This document shows positions 1 to 9,960 of a DNA stretch of 64,000 bases, one piece after another (position 1 is the first letter of the stretch; each line of letters opens with the position of its first letter). The notes under the pieces were generated by a model. That model was given only the letters and a program-made list of their open reading frames with translations, was not told the DNA's origin and did not search any database. The translations under genes and the position numbers were made by a program. The stretch is from an uncultured candidate division Zixibacteria bacterium (GTDB taxonomy: Bacteria > Zixibacteria > MSB-5A5 > GN15 > FEB-12). Location: contig CAWDXE010000001.1 in the NCBI GenBank assembly GCA_963806185.1, positions 512,001 through 576,000 of the forward strand, read 5' to 3'.

Positions 1-669
1 TATCGGCAACGGAAATCGCTGGCCTCCATTCCCTGGACGATTGATTCCCTTGGCCTGGCCGCCATCGTTGTGGGCCTCGCCCTTTTCATCGTGGGCAACG
101 GCGCCGCCGAGTACTTCACCGTTCGGCTCTCATTCGTCCTGACCCTGATCGGTTTGATCGTCTACCTGTGCGGACGTCAATTTGCCAAGGCGATCTGGTT
201 TCCTCTCTTCTTCCTCTTGTTCATGATACCCGTGCCCTATGTCCTCTACTATGCCGCGACCTTCCCGATGCAGACGCTGGCCACCAAAATCACCGTCGCC
301 GCACTGAGTTTTATCGGGCTGGACGTGGTTCGCCAGGGCAATATCATCCACATCGCCAACTACTCCCTCGAGGTTGCCGAGGCCTGCTCAGGTCTCCGTT
401 CCCTCGTTTCCCTGCTTGCCCTGGGCGCAATCTACGCCTATCTCACCCAGCGTCGCCTCTGGGCTCAGATCGTCCTCTTCTTGTCGACTATTCCCATTGC
501 GATTGCCGCTAACGTCTTTCGGGTGTTCGCCACGGCACTCATTGTGGCTACGATTTCCGATGGCGTTACCAAGGAGCCGGTGCATTCCCTCATGGGGCTG
601 ACCGTGTTCGTCGTTTCGTTCATCCTGTTGTTCATCGTCGGAGGAATCCTCCGGGCGGCCACGAAATGA
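1..669 (+). CDS. xrt: Exosortase (EpsH family transpeptidase), 5' truncated by window edge
   Basis: Frame open from base 1; multi-TM protein with catalytic EACSGLRS, ANxxR and late His (VHS) motifs; adjacent to epsI. Confidence 0.92.
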   Translation, partial: YRQRKSLASIPWTIDSLGLAAIVVGLALFIVGNGAAEYFTVRLSFVLTLIGLIVYLCGRQFAKAIWFPLFFLLFMIPVPYVLYYAATFPMQTLATKITVAALSFIGLDVVRQGNIIHIANYSLEVAEACSGLRSLVSLLALGAIYAYLTQRRLWAQIVLFLSTIPIAIAANVFRVFATALIVATISDGVTKEPVHSLMGLTVFVVSFILLFIVGGILRAATK

Positions 670-1307
670 AAAAGGCAGTCATTATATCGGTTATTCTCCT
701 GCTCGCTGCCGGCGTCTTCGGAAACTATCTCCGGTTTGGCCAGCGCATGCCGAACCGAATCGCTGATTTTTCACAAATCCCTCTGGAATTGGGTGTCTAT
801 GTCGGCCAGGAGCAGCGATTCGACGAAGAGAGCTACGAAGTTTTGAAGGCCGATACCACTACGCTGCGCGCTTACAGCGCCAATGTCGGCGAGCCGTTCT
901 GGCTGTTTATTGCCTATTTCTCGTCGCAAAAATACGGCAGTCAGATACATTCCCCCAAGCACTGCCTGCCGGGCGGAGGCTGGCGAATCGATAAAATGGA
1001 AGAGTACCAGCTTAACCTGCCCGACGGACCCAGGACCGTGAATCGATTGATTATCTCCGCCGGTCAGTCAAAGCAGGTTATGTTCTATTGGTTTGAAACG
1101 CGCACTGGAATCATCCGCGGCGAATTCGGCCTGAAATGGGACTTGATGAAGAATTCCCTGTCCCTGCGTCCTACCGACGCAGCCATCATCCGGCTCACGA
1201 TTCCGATCACGCCGGGCCAGACGATAGAAGAAGCGACCGCCCGGGCAACTGACTATTTTTCGACTTTCTATCGGTCGATCGAAAAAGCGCTCCCGTTCTC
1301 CAACTGA
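666..1307 (+). CDS. epsI: Exosortase-associated EpsI family protein
   Basis: N-terminal TM, QIHSPKHCLPGGGW motif, ATGA overlap with exosortase. Confidence 0.9.
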   Translation: MKKAVIISVILLLAAGVFGNYLRFGQRMPNRIADFSQIPLELGVYVGQEQRFDEESYEVLKADTTTLRAYSANVGEPFWLFIAYFSSQKYGSQIHSPKHCLPGGGWRIDKMEEYQLNLPDGPRTVNRLIISAGQSKQVMFYWFETRTGIIRGEFGLKWDLMKNSLSLRPTDAAIIRLTIPITPGQTIEEATARATDYFSTFYRSIEKALPFSN

Positions 1308-1338
1308 GACATCATCAGGGTTGCTGCCAGAGGCTTCA

Positions 1339-2211
1339 GTGATCAAAGACCTGATAAAGCTCTCCCGCCCAAAACAGTGGCTCAAGAACGGCTTTGTCAT
1401 GGCGCCGCTGGTCTTCGCCGGTGAAGCCGGGAATCTCCAGAAAGTTGCCACGGCGCTCGCCGCGACTGCTATCTTCTGCCTGTTGTCATCGTCCGTCTAT
1501 ATCTTCAACGATCTCACTGACCGCGAGTCGGACAAAAAACACCCGCTCAAAAAGACCCGCCCGCTGGCTTCCGGCAAGATCTCGCCCACGGTGGCTGTCA
1601 GCTTCATGTGTGTCCTTTTGATTGCGGCTTTCATTTGGGCATCGCAGATCGGCTACCAACTGGTGACGATTGCTGCCATTTTCCTCGTGCTCAATACGCT
1701 CTACTCGATCTTTCTCAAGCATATTGTCATTCTCGACGCCATGTCGGTCGCTATCAGCTTTGTGTTGCGCGCCTTCGGCGGCGCCGTCGCCATTGCCGTG
1801 ACCGCATCCCCCTGGATGATGATCAACACTTTCTTCCTCGCCCTATTCCTGACTTTTGGCAAACGCCGGCACGAGTTAGTCCTGCTCAATGACAAAGCCG
1901 TGGAACACCGCCGCATCCTCGGTGAATACTCGCCCCACCTGCTGGACCAGTTGATCGCCGTGACCACGCCCGCCGTGGTCATCATGTACATGCTCTACAC
2001 TTTTTCGCCTGAAACACAACAGAAACTCGGCACGCATTACCTCTACCTCACTATCCCCTTCGTCGCGTACGGTATCTTTCGTTATCTCTTCCTGATTCAC
2101 GCAAAAGAAAAGGGAGAGCCGACCACGATCCTCGTGTCCGACCTTCCCCTGATTGTAGATATCGTTTTGTGGGTGATTGTCTCGGCCGTGATCCTCAGCT
2201 TGCCGAAGTAG
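1339..2211 (+). CDS. UbiA-family prenyltransferase, decaprenyl-phosphate phosphoribosyltransferase type
   Basis: RPKQWLKN, NDLTDRESD..HPLKKTRPLASG, GKRRHEL motifs; GTG start chosen (TTG at 1321 is an alternative). Confidence 0.88.
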   Translation: MIKDLIKLSRPKQWLKNGFVMAPLVFAGEAGNLQKVATALAATAIFCLLSSSVYIFNDLTDRESDKKHPLKKTRPLASGKISPTVAVSFMCVLLIAAFIWASQIGYQLVTIAAIFLVLNTLYSIFLKHIVILDAMSVAISFVLRAFGGAVAIAVTASPWMMINTFFLALFLTFGKRRHELVLLNDKAVEHRRILGEYSPHLLDQLIAVTTPAVVIMYMLYTFSPETQQKLGTHYLYLTIPFVAYGIFRYLFLIHAKEKGEPTTILVSDLPLIVDIVLWVIVSAVILSLPK

Positions 2212-2222
2212 TGCGGCAGCAA

Positions 2223-2537
2223 TCAGTCCTTGAACAAATCGTCAAACGACTTCTTCCGCGTGTCCTTTGAATCCTTGGTCACCGACATCCCTCCGCCCGT
2301 CTTAACCATATTGCGCATCTGAAACATATCGCAGAAGTTGGCCTTTTCTTTGTCGATCACATTGTGGTCGATGGTCTCCCGACACTGGAAACGCCGGGTC
2401 GGGTCAAAATGCCGGCACCCCCGACAGGTTCGCAAGTCCGCCTCGCAATTGGGACATTGATCACCGCGCGCGACTTTGCTGATCAGCCCGGTTGGCTTGC
2501 CGCAGCTCCAGCACAACAATCCGTCAGATGCACCCAT
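2223..2537 (-). CDS. Small Cys-rich putative metal-binding hypothetical protein
   Basis: CWSC, CPNC, CRGC plus two more Cys, FDDLFK C-terminus; SD AAGGAG before ATG at 2537. Confidence 0.75.
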   Translation of the reverse strand: MGASDGLLCWSCGKPTGLISKVARGDQCPNCEADLRTCRGCRHFDPTRRFQCRETIDHNVIDKEKANFCDMFQMRNMVKTGGGMSVTKDSKDTRKKSFDDLFKD

Positions 2538-2601
2538 GGTTTGGCTCCTTTGCCATAAGTATACACCATTGGCCGGGCTATGCAACGCCAAACCCGCCGG
2601 C

Positions 2602-2826
2602 CTATTTCGGCGCGGGTTCTGTCAAATCCGCCACAATTTCGCAAAATTCCGTCTCACCGGTACGAAGCATACGCCGTACATACGCCTGACAGAGTTTGCA
2701 GTTCAGCCCGAAATCTACATGCTTCTGAAGCTGTTCGATACTGGTCGCCTGTTCGCGCTCGGCTATCGCCTTCAGTTCGGCGAACGACTTCCCGTAACAG
2801 ACGCAATGGGTAATGCGAATCGGCAT
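2602..2826 (-). CDS. BFD-like [2Fe-2S]-binding protein
   Basis: CxC...CxxC pattern (HCVC, NCKLCQAY), 74 aa; AGGA upstream of ATG. Confidence 0.75.
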   Translation of the reverse strand: MPIRITHCVCYGKSFAELKAIAEREQATSIEQLQKHVDFGLNCKLCQAYVRRMLRTGETEFCEIVADLTEPAPK

Positions 2827-2879
2827 AGCCGGATTCCTGAACTCATGGCCACCGGGGCCCTTGGTTACATTGTCCAATT

Positions 2880-3293
2880 CTACAAATGATACAACATCAG
2901 GTACACCACCACGCCGCTCACCGAGACAAACATCCAGACGTACCAAAGCCAGCGGGTGATGCCGCGATGTTTATCGAAACGCCCCTGGTATGCCCACCAC
3001 ACCGCCGTGACAATGAACGGAACCTGGAGAGCAGCGAGAATCACGTGCGGAATCAGCACCGCAAAATAGAGTGGTCGCGTCCAATCGTAATACGGATAGG
3101 GCACCGATCCCACTAGGTAATGATACGTCAGATAACTGATGAGAAACAGACCCGAGCTGATCAGAGCCGCGATCATGCACTTTTGATGTCTCGCCTGATC
3201 GCGCTGTTTTATGGCAATGAAGCCCAACAGCAGAAACAGCGAGCTGGTGAGATTGAGAACAGCGTTGAGTGTCGGCAGCAGCGAGACGTTCAG
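2880..3293 (-). CDS. DUF420 membrane protein (oxidase-associated)
   Basis: LPTLNAVLN..., HQKCM, FLISYLTYHY, WMFVSVSGVVVYLMLY; apparent CTG start overlapping upstream stop. Confidence 0.88.
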   Translation of the reverse strand: MNVSLLPTLNAVLNLTSSLFLLLGFIAIKQRDQARHQKCMIAALISSGLFLISYLTYHYLVGSVPYPYYDWTRPLYFAVLIPHVILAALQVPFIVTAVWWAYQGRFDKHRGITRWLWYVWMFVSVSGVVVYLMLYHL

Positions 3294-4825
3294 TCGTTAC
3301 CTCCGGCCAGCTCCCTGATATGCGCCTGAAGTGCCTTGATCCGATTGGGGTCGTCGTGATCATAGTAGCCGCGAATGCGCCCCTGCTGGTCAATCAGCAC
3401 GAACTTGGTGGAGTGCATCCCCGGCAAGTCCCCGGACAGCTTGAATCCCTCTTCGCAGAATTTCGATATGACATCCGCCGAGCCGGACGTTACAAACTCC
3501 CAGCGATGGTCGGTGACGCCGTGGGAAGAAGCGTAGGTACGCAGTACCGGCAACGAATCGGTCTGCGGATCCACGGTAAACGACACGAACTGCACGCGGT
3601 CGCTGTGCTTGTAGAAATCGTACAGCTCCTTCATCTTCACCACCATCACCGGACACGGCCCGCGACAACTGGTGAAAAAGAAATCGACCACACTCAACTT
3701 GCCCGTCAGGTTCTCTTTCGTGAATGCTCGGCCCTCGCGGTCGACAAAACTGAAGGCGGGCACGTCGTCCAAAACGGGTATCTGGCGACGTGATGTCTGC
3801 GCTTGTGCGATTACGCCGTATGCACCTACTCCCATTACCACGACCGCAACGGCGGTGCCGATCGCCGCCGAACGGAACCTGCCGCCGGAAGCCGCCAGTT
3901 CGGTGTATCCCTTGCGCAGGGAAGAAATGAGGACCAGCGCCAGCCCGACATACAACGAGCCAACCCAGACGTGAAAGAGCCGCAGCAGAGGCGGCAGGCC
4001 GCCAAACATGAAGACGAAACCGATCAGGATTTCCGCAAACGCGAGCACCATCAGACCGTATACGGCCTGTTTCACAATGGGCGCCGCTTCCGAACTGAGT
4101 TTGATCAGGCTGTAGCCGATATACCAGGTGGCAAATGCCAGCATCAAGCCGACGATGAAATGCAGGTCTTTCCAGACGCCGGTCATGGCGAGCAGATCGG
4201 CCGTCGAATGCAGCGGGAACTGTTCGGCGAGAGTCTCCACTGTTCCCCGTACCTTGGCCCCCAGCATGACCTGGGCAATACCCCCAATCCAGAGCAGCCA
4301 GGCCCAGAGCGATGCACTGGCCGGATACAGAGAACCGGCAATTCCCTTGGGTTGTCGGAGATAGCCGGCCTCTACCGTGACATAAATCATGAGTGAGAAG
4401 ATTACCAGCGCCAGCGTCATATGCAGCGTGACCACCAGGGGGTGGAGCTCTGACGAGACGACGGTCGCCCCCTGCCATCCTTGAATCGCCGTCAGCACAC
4501 CGGCTAGAATCGTGCACCAAAGTATGCGTGGTTCTTTTCGATAATGAATGATGGCGAGCACAGCCGTGGCCGCAATCAGCAGACCGACCGTCATGCCGAC
4601 CAGACGGTTGAAGTACTCAATCCAGGCCAGAGTGACATTGAAAAGGGAGGGATCGAGATCGGAAGGGAGATCCGTTATTGACAGCGGCGGAAGCCAGCGG
4701 CCAAAACAGCGGGGCCAGTCGGGGCACCCCAGTCCGGCACCGGATACGCGCACGAGTCCACCGATGAAAATCAGAAAGGCCGTCGCTATGGATGACCAGC
4801 GGGCAAGCCGGATAAAAGCGGTCAT
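3290..4825 (-). CDS. ctaA: Heme A synthase (COX15/CtaA) fused to C-terminal SCO copper-chaperone domain
   Basis: GLGCPDWPRC and EYFNR motifs with 8 TM region; C-terminal FFTSCRGPCP (CxxxC) and MHSTKFVLID SCO motifs in one ORF. Confidence 0.9.
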   Translation of the reverse strand: MTAFIRLARWSSIATAFLIFIGGLVRVSGAGLGCPDWPRCFGRWLPPLSITDLPSDLDPSLFNVTLAWIEYFNRLVGMTVGLLIAATAVLAIIHYRKEPRILWCTILAGVLTAIQGWQGATVVSSELHPLVVTLHMTLALVIFSLMIYVTVEAGYLRQPKGIAGSLYPASASLWAWLLWIGGIAQVMLGAKVRGTVETLAEQFPLHSTADLLAMTGVWKDLHFIVGLMLAFATWYIGYSLIKLSSEAAPIVKQAVYGLMVLAFAEILIGFVFMFGGLPPLLRLFHVWVGSLYVGLALVLISSLRKGYTELAASGGRFRSAAIGTAVAVVVMGVGAYGVIAQAQTSRRQIPVLDDVPAFSFVDREGRAFTKENLTGKLSVVDFFFTSCRGPCPVMVVKMKELYDFYKHSDRVQFVSFTVDPQTDSLPVLRTYASSHGVTDHRWEFVTSGSADVISKFCEEGFKLSGDLPGMHSTKFVLIDQQGRIRGYYDHDDPNRIKALQAHIRELAGGND

Positions 4826-4915
4826 CGGCTGACCTTCTCTCCTGCCTGATGCGAGCGTACTGTTTTCATAGACGTACGTCTAACAGTACAGCAGCGAGTG
4901 GGGCTTGGCAAGCAG

Positions 4916-5419
4916 TTAGTGCGGACTGGTTCCCGGATGGGCAGTAGCGGCGGAATCAGCGGCTGTGCGGCCGGGTTCGACCAACTTCGCGGCACCCGTC
5001 CTGGATGTGTCAGCCGAAGGCGCGGCTGCTCCCTCGTGACCTTCAGCAGCCCCATGGCCGGAGGGTCGCGCCGGCATGACCGCCTGTTTATTAATGGGGT
5101 GAGCTACCTGGTCATAGATATCGTCGCGCCGCATCGTATCGAGCATCGTGAGCGTGATGAAGAGCGCCAGGAAGATGAGAGAGCCGATGAAGATCATGCT
5201 GTAAATCTTGTTGTCGTACTTCAGGTGCATGAAGAAAAGAACGACCAGCGACGCTTTGATGGCCGCGATGAACATTGCGACAATCAGATTCGCTTCGCCG
5301 AAATCAAACTGGGCGACGGCTACCGTGATCCCGGTCATGACGAGCAGGATAGCCCCGATCGTGAGATACAGCCGCACGGGCAGTACATGGTGGGTCGCGC
5401 TGTCGTGTCTCATCGCCAT
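4916..5419 (-). CDS. coxD: Cytochrome c oxidase subunit IV (caa3 type)
   Basis: IAAIKASLVVLFFMHLKYD motif; position after subunit III; low-complexity C-tail. Confidence 0.88.
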   Translation of the reverse strand: MAMRHDSATHHVLPVRLYLTIGAILLVMTGITVAVAQFDFGEANLIVAMFIAAIKASLVVLFFMHLKYDNKIYSMIFIGSLIFLALFITLTMLDTMRRDDIYDQVAHPINKQAVMPARPSGHGAAEGHEGAAAPSADTSRTGAAKLVEPGRTAADSAATAHPGTSPH

Positions 5420-5426
5420 AACATCC

Positions 5427-6089
5427 TTACGAAATCAGGTAGAACAACGGGAACAGGAATATCCAGATCAAATCGACCAGGTGCCAGTATAGCCCCGTCA
5501 TTTCGATCGGCGTGTAGTAGCTCGGGCTGAACTGGTTCTTCACGGTCCGGTAGAGAATCCAGGTAATCACGCCCATACCGGCAATCACGTGTATGCCGTG
5601 CAGGCCGGTCATCATGAAGTAGACCGAGAAGAACACATGCGGGTTGGTGCCTTCGACGCCGGTAAACGTGTAGTACTTGCCCGGCAGCTGTCCCAGGTGG
5701 AACTTGTGCGCATATTCGAAGTACTTGATCACCAGAAATGTCCCGGCCAGGGCAAGCGTAGCAACCAGGTTTATGATCGTCCACCGCTTCTGGCCGAGCT
5801 GCATCGAGCGGATGGCCAGAGCCATGGTGACTGAAGAGGTGATCAGGACTACGGTATTGATTGTCCCCAGTACCACGTCGAGTTGTTTGTGCGCGTTGTG
5901 AAAGAGGTCCGGGTTCCACGATCGGTAGATGGCATAGGCACAGAACAGACCACCGAAGAGCAAAACCTCCGTAAGCAGGAAGAGCCACATGCCCAGCTTG
6001 GCTGAATCTTTTTGCTGCTCCATGTCGGCGAAATGGTGCTGCAGATTTGGATCAGCGTGTTCGAAGTGAACTGCGGGTCGGGTCGCCAT
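5427..6089 (-). CDS. coxC: Cytochrome c oxidase subunit III
   Basis: GMWLFLLTEVLLFGGLF, TGLHGIHV, GLYWHLVD motifs. Confidence 0.95.
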   Translation of the reverse strand: MATRPAVHFEHADPNLQHHFADMEQQKDSAKLGMWLFLLTEVLLFGGLFCAYAIYRSWNPDLFHNAHKQLDVVLGTINTVVLITSSVTMALAIRSMQLGQKRWTIINLVATLALAGTFLVIKYFEYAHKFHLGQLPGKYYTFTGVEGTNPHVFFSVYFMMTGLHGIHVIAGMGVITWILYRTVKNQFSPSYYTPIEMTGLYWHLVDLIWIFLFPLFYLIS

Positions 6090-7697
6090 CTATTTGTCTC
6101 TCTCCACAAGAATGGTGTCGTAGTCGTAGGGACCGTGCACGAGTTTGGGCTCACCGACGAAGTTATGAGTAGGCGGCGGCGAGGACGTTTCCCATTCCAT
6201 GGTCAAACTACCCCAGGGATTGGCCGGCGCCTTGGCGCCTCGGAAAAGCGAGTGGATAAGATAGACGAGCATGATGGTGAAACCCATTCCAAGCACCCAG
6301 GCGCCGTAGGTCGACATGGCATGCAGCCCCTGGTACATGTCGACATACGTGTAATAGCGACGCGGCATACCGCGCGAGCCCAGAATGAACTGGGTGAAGA
6401 ACGTCATATTGAAACCGATGAAGACGATCACCGCGGCGATACGCCCCCAGAATTCGCTGTACATGCGCCCGAAAATCTTCGGCCACCAGTAGTGCAGGCC
6501 GCCAAGCAGTGCCATCACCGTGCCGCCCATCATGACGTAATGGAAATGAGCGACGACAAAGTAGGTGTCATGCAAGTGAACGTCGACCGACAACGCCCCG
6601 AGAAAGATTCCGGTCAGACCACCGATCGTAAACAAGATGAGGAAGGACAGGGCGTACAGCATCGGCGTTTGAAAGGAAATGTTTCCCTTGTACAGGGTGG
6701 TCACCCAGTTGAATATTTTGATCCCCGAGGGAATACCGACGAAAAAGGTGAGAAACGAGAATATTGTGGCGGCAATTTCCGACTGACCGGAGACAAACAT
6801 ATGGTGTCCCCAGACGAGAAAGCCGAGGAAAGCAATACCAAGCGATGAAAACGCGACGGCCCGGTAGCCGAACAGCTTGCGATGAGAGAAGGTCGTGATC
6901 AGCTCGGAGATGATCGCCATCCCCGGCAGGATCATGATGTACACGGCCGGATGTGAATAGAACCAGAAGAAGTGCTGGTAAAGCACCGGGTCGCCACCCA
7001 TGGCCGGGTCAAAAATGCCGATGCCAAAGGCCCGCTCAAGAATCAACAGAACCAGGGTGATTCCCAGCACCGGTGTGGCAAGCACCTGAACTATAGCCGT
7101 ACTGTACAGACCCCAGACCATGAGCGGCATATCAAACCAGGTCATGCCCGGTGCGCGCAACTTGTGGACAGTTACGATAAAATTAAGACCTGTGAAAATT
7201 GACGAAAACCCGAGGATGAACACACCGGTGGTCATCGAAATCACAGCCGTGTTGGTGGTCGTCGAATACGGCGCGTAAAACGTCCAGCCGGTGTCAATAC
7301 CTCCCTGAACTATGGAGATCAAGCAAACCGCCGCACCTATAACATATAAGTACCAGCTGGTCAGGTTGAGCCGTGGAAAAGCAACGTCCTTGGCGCCGAT
7401 CATCAGAGGCAGAACAAAGTTACCTAACGCCGCAGGAATTGACGGAATGATAAACAGGAACACCATGATCGCGCCGTGCAGCGTGAAGAAGTGGTTGTAC
7501 GTGTCCGCGCTCATGAAATCTCGACCGGGATGGAGCAACTCGGTACGAAGGATGATGGCCAGCAGTCCGCCCGCCAGAAACGACGCCATAACCCCGATCA
7601 GGTACATGACCCCGATCCGCTTATGATCAAGCGTGAGCAGCCACGACTTAAGCCCCTTGGACGACGTCAGGTAATTGTCTGGTGCTGCCGTATGCAT
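6090..7697 (-). CDS. coxA: Cytochrome c oxidase subunit I, type A2
   Basis: [20 protein letters not shown] (YS = A2 signature), [24 protein letters not shown]. Confidence 0.97.
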   Translation of the reverse strand: MHTAAPDNYLTSSKGLKSWLLTLDHKRIGVMYLIGVMASFLAGGLLAIILRTELLHPGRDFMSADTYNHFFTLHGAIMVFLFIIPSIPAALGNFVLPLMIGAKDVAFPRLNLTSWYLYVIGAAVCLISIVQGGIDTGWTFYAPYSTTTNTAVISMTTGVFILGFSSIFTGLNFIVTVHKLRAPGMTWFDMPLMVWGLYSTAIVQVLATPVLGITLVLLILERAFGIGIFDPAMGGDPVLYQHFFWFYSHPAVYIMILPGMAIISELITTFSHRKLFGYRAVAFSSLGIAFLGFLVWGHHMFVSGQSEIAATIFSFLTFFVGIPSGIKIFNWVTTLYKGNISFQTPMLYALSFLILFTIGGLTGIFLGALSVDVHLHDTYFVVAHFHYVMMGGTVMALLGGLHYWWPKIFGRMYSEFWGRIAAVIVFIGFNMTFFTQFILGSRGMPRRYYTYVDMYQGLHAMSTYGAWVLGMGFTIMLVYLIHSLFRGAKAPANPWGSLTMEWETSSPPPTHNFVGEPKLVHGPYDYDTILVERDK

Positions 7698-7712
7698 AGA
7701 AACGTTGCCTCG

Positions 7713-8654
7713 TTACTGTAATGACTTGATATAGGCGATCAGCGCGTCAACCTGTCGATCCTTGAGGATCCCCTGGAAAGTCGGCATGACGGGCTGGAAT
7801 CCGTTGACAATCTTTGCCCGGGGATTCAGAATTGATTCGCGAATGTAATTCTCGTCGATCGTCGTTTTGCTGCCATCGGTAAACTGTACTTCGTGCCCGA
7901 ATATCCCCTTGAAACTCGGCCCTTGAATAATTGTGCCGTCCGTGCTATGGCAGGTGACACAGGCTTTCTGCTTGTACAATTGCGCCCCGTAGTCCTCGAG
8001 CGACATTCCCTCGCCCATCGAGGCACTTGATTCCAGCCACTTGGCGTAGTCCGCCGGTGATAACACGCGCACCTTGGCGATCATCTCCGAATGACCCTTG
8101 CCGCAGAACTCGGCGCAAAACCAGTTATACGTCCCGGTCGTCGTCGCCTCAAACCAGGCCAGCGTATAGCGATTGGGCAAGGCGTCCATCTTGACCCGGA
8201 AGGCCGGGATATAAAACGAGTGTATGACGTCGGTCGCCGAGAGCAGTACTTTGACCGGTGTATGAACCGGCACAACCAACTCGTTGACCAGCGTTGCACC
8301 CTCCGGATAATCGACGGTCCAAAACCACTTCTGTCCGGTCACCTTGACTTCCATCGCATGGGCCGGCATGATGTGCAACCGAAGGAAGTCCTTGAAACCC
8401 CAGACGAACACGATGAGGATCAGAATAGTAGGAATCACTGTCCAGGTGATTTCCAGAGCAGTGTTGTGGGCCAGGCTGGTGGTCAGGACATCTTTGCCGC
8501 GACGGCGGTAGCGAATGCCGAAGTAGATGACTCCCCCGACGACAATCGCAAAGAAGACGATACTGGCGTACAGTATGAAATAAAACAGACTGTCGACGTT
8601 CCCGGCCATCGTCGAGTGCTCACCGGGATTCCAGAAGCTGGCTGCAGTATCCAT
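7713..8654 (-). CDS. coxB: Cytochrome c oxidase subunit II with C-terminal cytochrome c (caa3)
   Basis: DVIHSF and CAEFCGKGHSEM CuA motifs; CVTCH heme motif with distal MP. Confidence 0.96.
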   Translation of the reverse strand: MDTAASFWNPGEHSTMAGNVDSLFYFILYASIVFFAIVVGGVIYFGIRYRRRGKDVLTTSLAHNTALEITWTVIPTILILIVFVWGFKDFLRLHIMPAHAMEVKVTGQKWFWTVDYPEGATLVNELVVPVHTPVKVLLSATDVIHSFYIPAFRVKMDALPNRYTLAWFEATTTGTYNWFCAEFCGKGHSEMIAKVRVLSPADYAKWLESSASMGEGMSLEDYGAQLYKQKACVTCHSTDGTIIQGPSFKGIFGHEVQFTDGSKTTIDENYIRESILNPRAKIVNGFQPVMPTFQGILKDRQVDALIAYIKSLQ

Positions 8655-8662
8655 CGGTTCCC

Positions 8663-9538
8663 TTATCTAGTCCCTATCGTGCCCGGAGCGGCCTGGCGCC
8701 GTTGGCGCATATGATCACGACGCCATAGTAACGCCAGAAAAATGCCCAGTGCCCCCGCACTCAGTGCTCCACCCAGCCGCATCAGATTACCGGCAAAAAC
8801 AACATACCCCTTGGCGTCAGGATCATAATGATAGCAGTACAAAATCAGCTTATCGAGCGGAGTCCCGATCTTCCCGGCCGACGCCTCGAGCAGGCTCAGG
8901 CGGAGATCTCTCTCTGAAAAATCAATCCCGTACAGCACTCGTGAGAGAACACCGCTCTCAGTCAGCACAAAGACTGCGGCCGGATGCGCATATTCGCCGG
9001 TTTCCTCAACCTTGTAGTACTTGAACCCCACGGCATCAGCCAGCGCCCGTGATTGGCTCTCGTCACCTACGAAAAATGTCCAGCCGTCTTCCGTCCCCGG
9101 TTTTCCGACCGACGCCGCGTAGTTCAATTTCTTGGCATGCGCCAGCTCGGCCGTTTCCGTCGGCTTGATGCTGACCGTCAGCATAGTGAACTCGTTCCCC
9201 GGGGTCCAGGCGAGCTTGGTAACAGCAGCCGACACACCGTTTAGCACCATGCTGCAGAGCATCGGGCAGTTATAGTAGGCCAGCGTCAAGATGACCGGTT
9301 TCCCCTTGTGGAAATAATCCCCCAGGCGCACTTGCTGTCCCTGATCGTTCGTAAACGTCAGGTCGAGCGGGATCTTTTCTCCGAGCTTGTCGACGATATC
9401 AATATTCTTCAGTTCGTCGGGCTGGGTCGAGACGACCTGACCAAAGGCAGTCGCGGCAACGAAGACCATTGCTGCGGCCCATGCGCCTATGTGCCCTTTA
9501 TGGGTCCCTTTAGTCCGATCTAACATAACATCAATCAC
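8663..9538 (-). CDS. SCO1/SenC family protein
   Basis: YYNCPMLC (CxxxC), AHPAA, LYCYHYDP, C-terminal TM; start uncertain. Confidence 0.9.
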   Translation of the reverse strand: MIDVMLDRTKGTHKGHIGAWAAAMVFVAATAFGQVVSTQPDELKNIDIVDKLGEKIPLDLTFTNDQGQQVRLGDYFHKGKPVILTLAYYNCPMLCSMVLNGVSAAVTKLAWTPGNEFTMLTVSIKPTETAELAHAKKLNYAASVGKPGTEDGWTFFVGDESQSRALADAVGFKYYKVEETGEYAHPAAVFVLTESGVLSRVLYGIDFSERDLRLSLLEASAGKIGTPLDKLILYCYHYDPDAKGYVVFAGNLMRLGGALSAGALGIFLALLWRRDHMRQRRQAAPGTIGTR

Positions 9539-9567
9539 AACAGGCGCTACCCTGAAAAGTTCGTCTT

Positions 9568-9954
9568 CTATCGTGTTTTTTTGGTGCTAATTTGCTGCGT
9601 AACAGAACTTTGCGGACTTGTTTGGTCCTGTTTCGCCTCGGCAGCTTCGAGTTTGACAGCCGAGTCAATCGGAATCCGCCAGATGCCCTTAACCGTATCA
9701 ACCAACTGGTAGCTGTGCAAACGCTGTTCTTCAGCGCTGCGCAGCTCGATCAATTGCGGATTTTCCGGCTTCAAGACCATCTCATAGTAGTCGCGCTCTC
9801 GGGACACCACGAAGTATTGCTCTACGGCCACGGAGAGGACGATCAGGATCACGATCACAGCCAGAGCAATGAGCCCGACCATAGGGACGTTGACGTCCCG
9901 CTTTTCGTACCCCGCTGAGCTGTTGCCGTGCGTTTGTGTGTCGTGAGCGCTCAT
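9568..9954 (-). CDS. Small single-TM protein of the ACIII-oxidase operon (possible ActG-like)
   Basis: GYEKRD, one TM, RIPIDSAV; located between actF and SCO. Confidence 0.6.
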   Translation of the reverse strand: MSAHDTQTHGNSSAGYEKRDVNVPMVGLIALAVIVILIVLSVAVEQYFVVSRERDYYEMVLKPENPQLIELRSAEEQRLHSYQLVDTVKGIWRIPIDSAVKLEAAEAKQDQTSPQSSVTQQISTKKTR

Positions 9955-9960
9955 GTTCCC

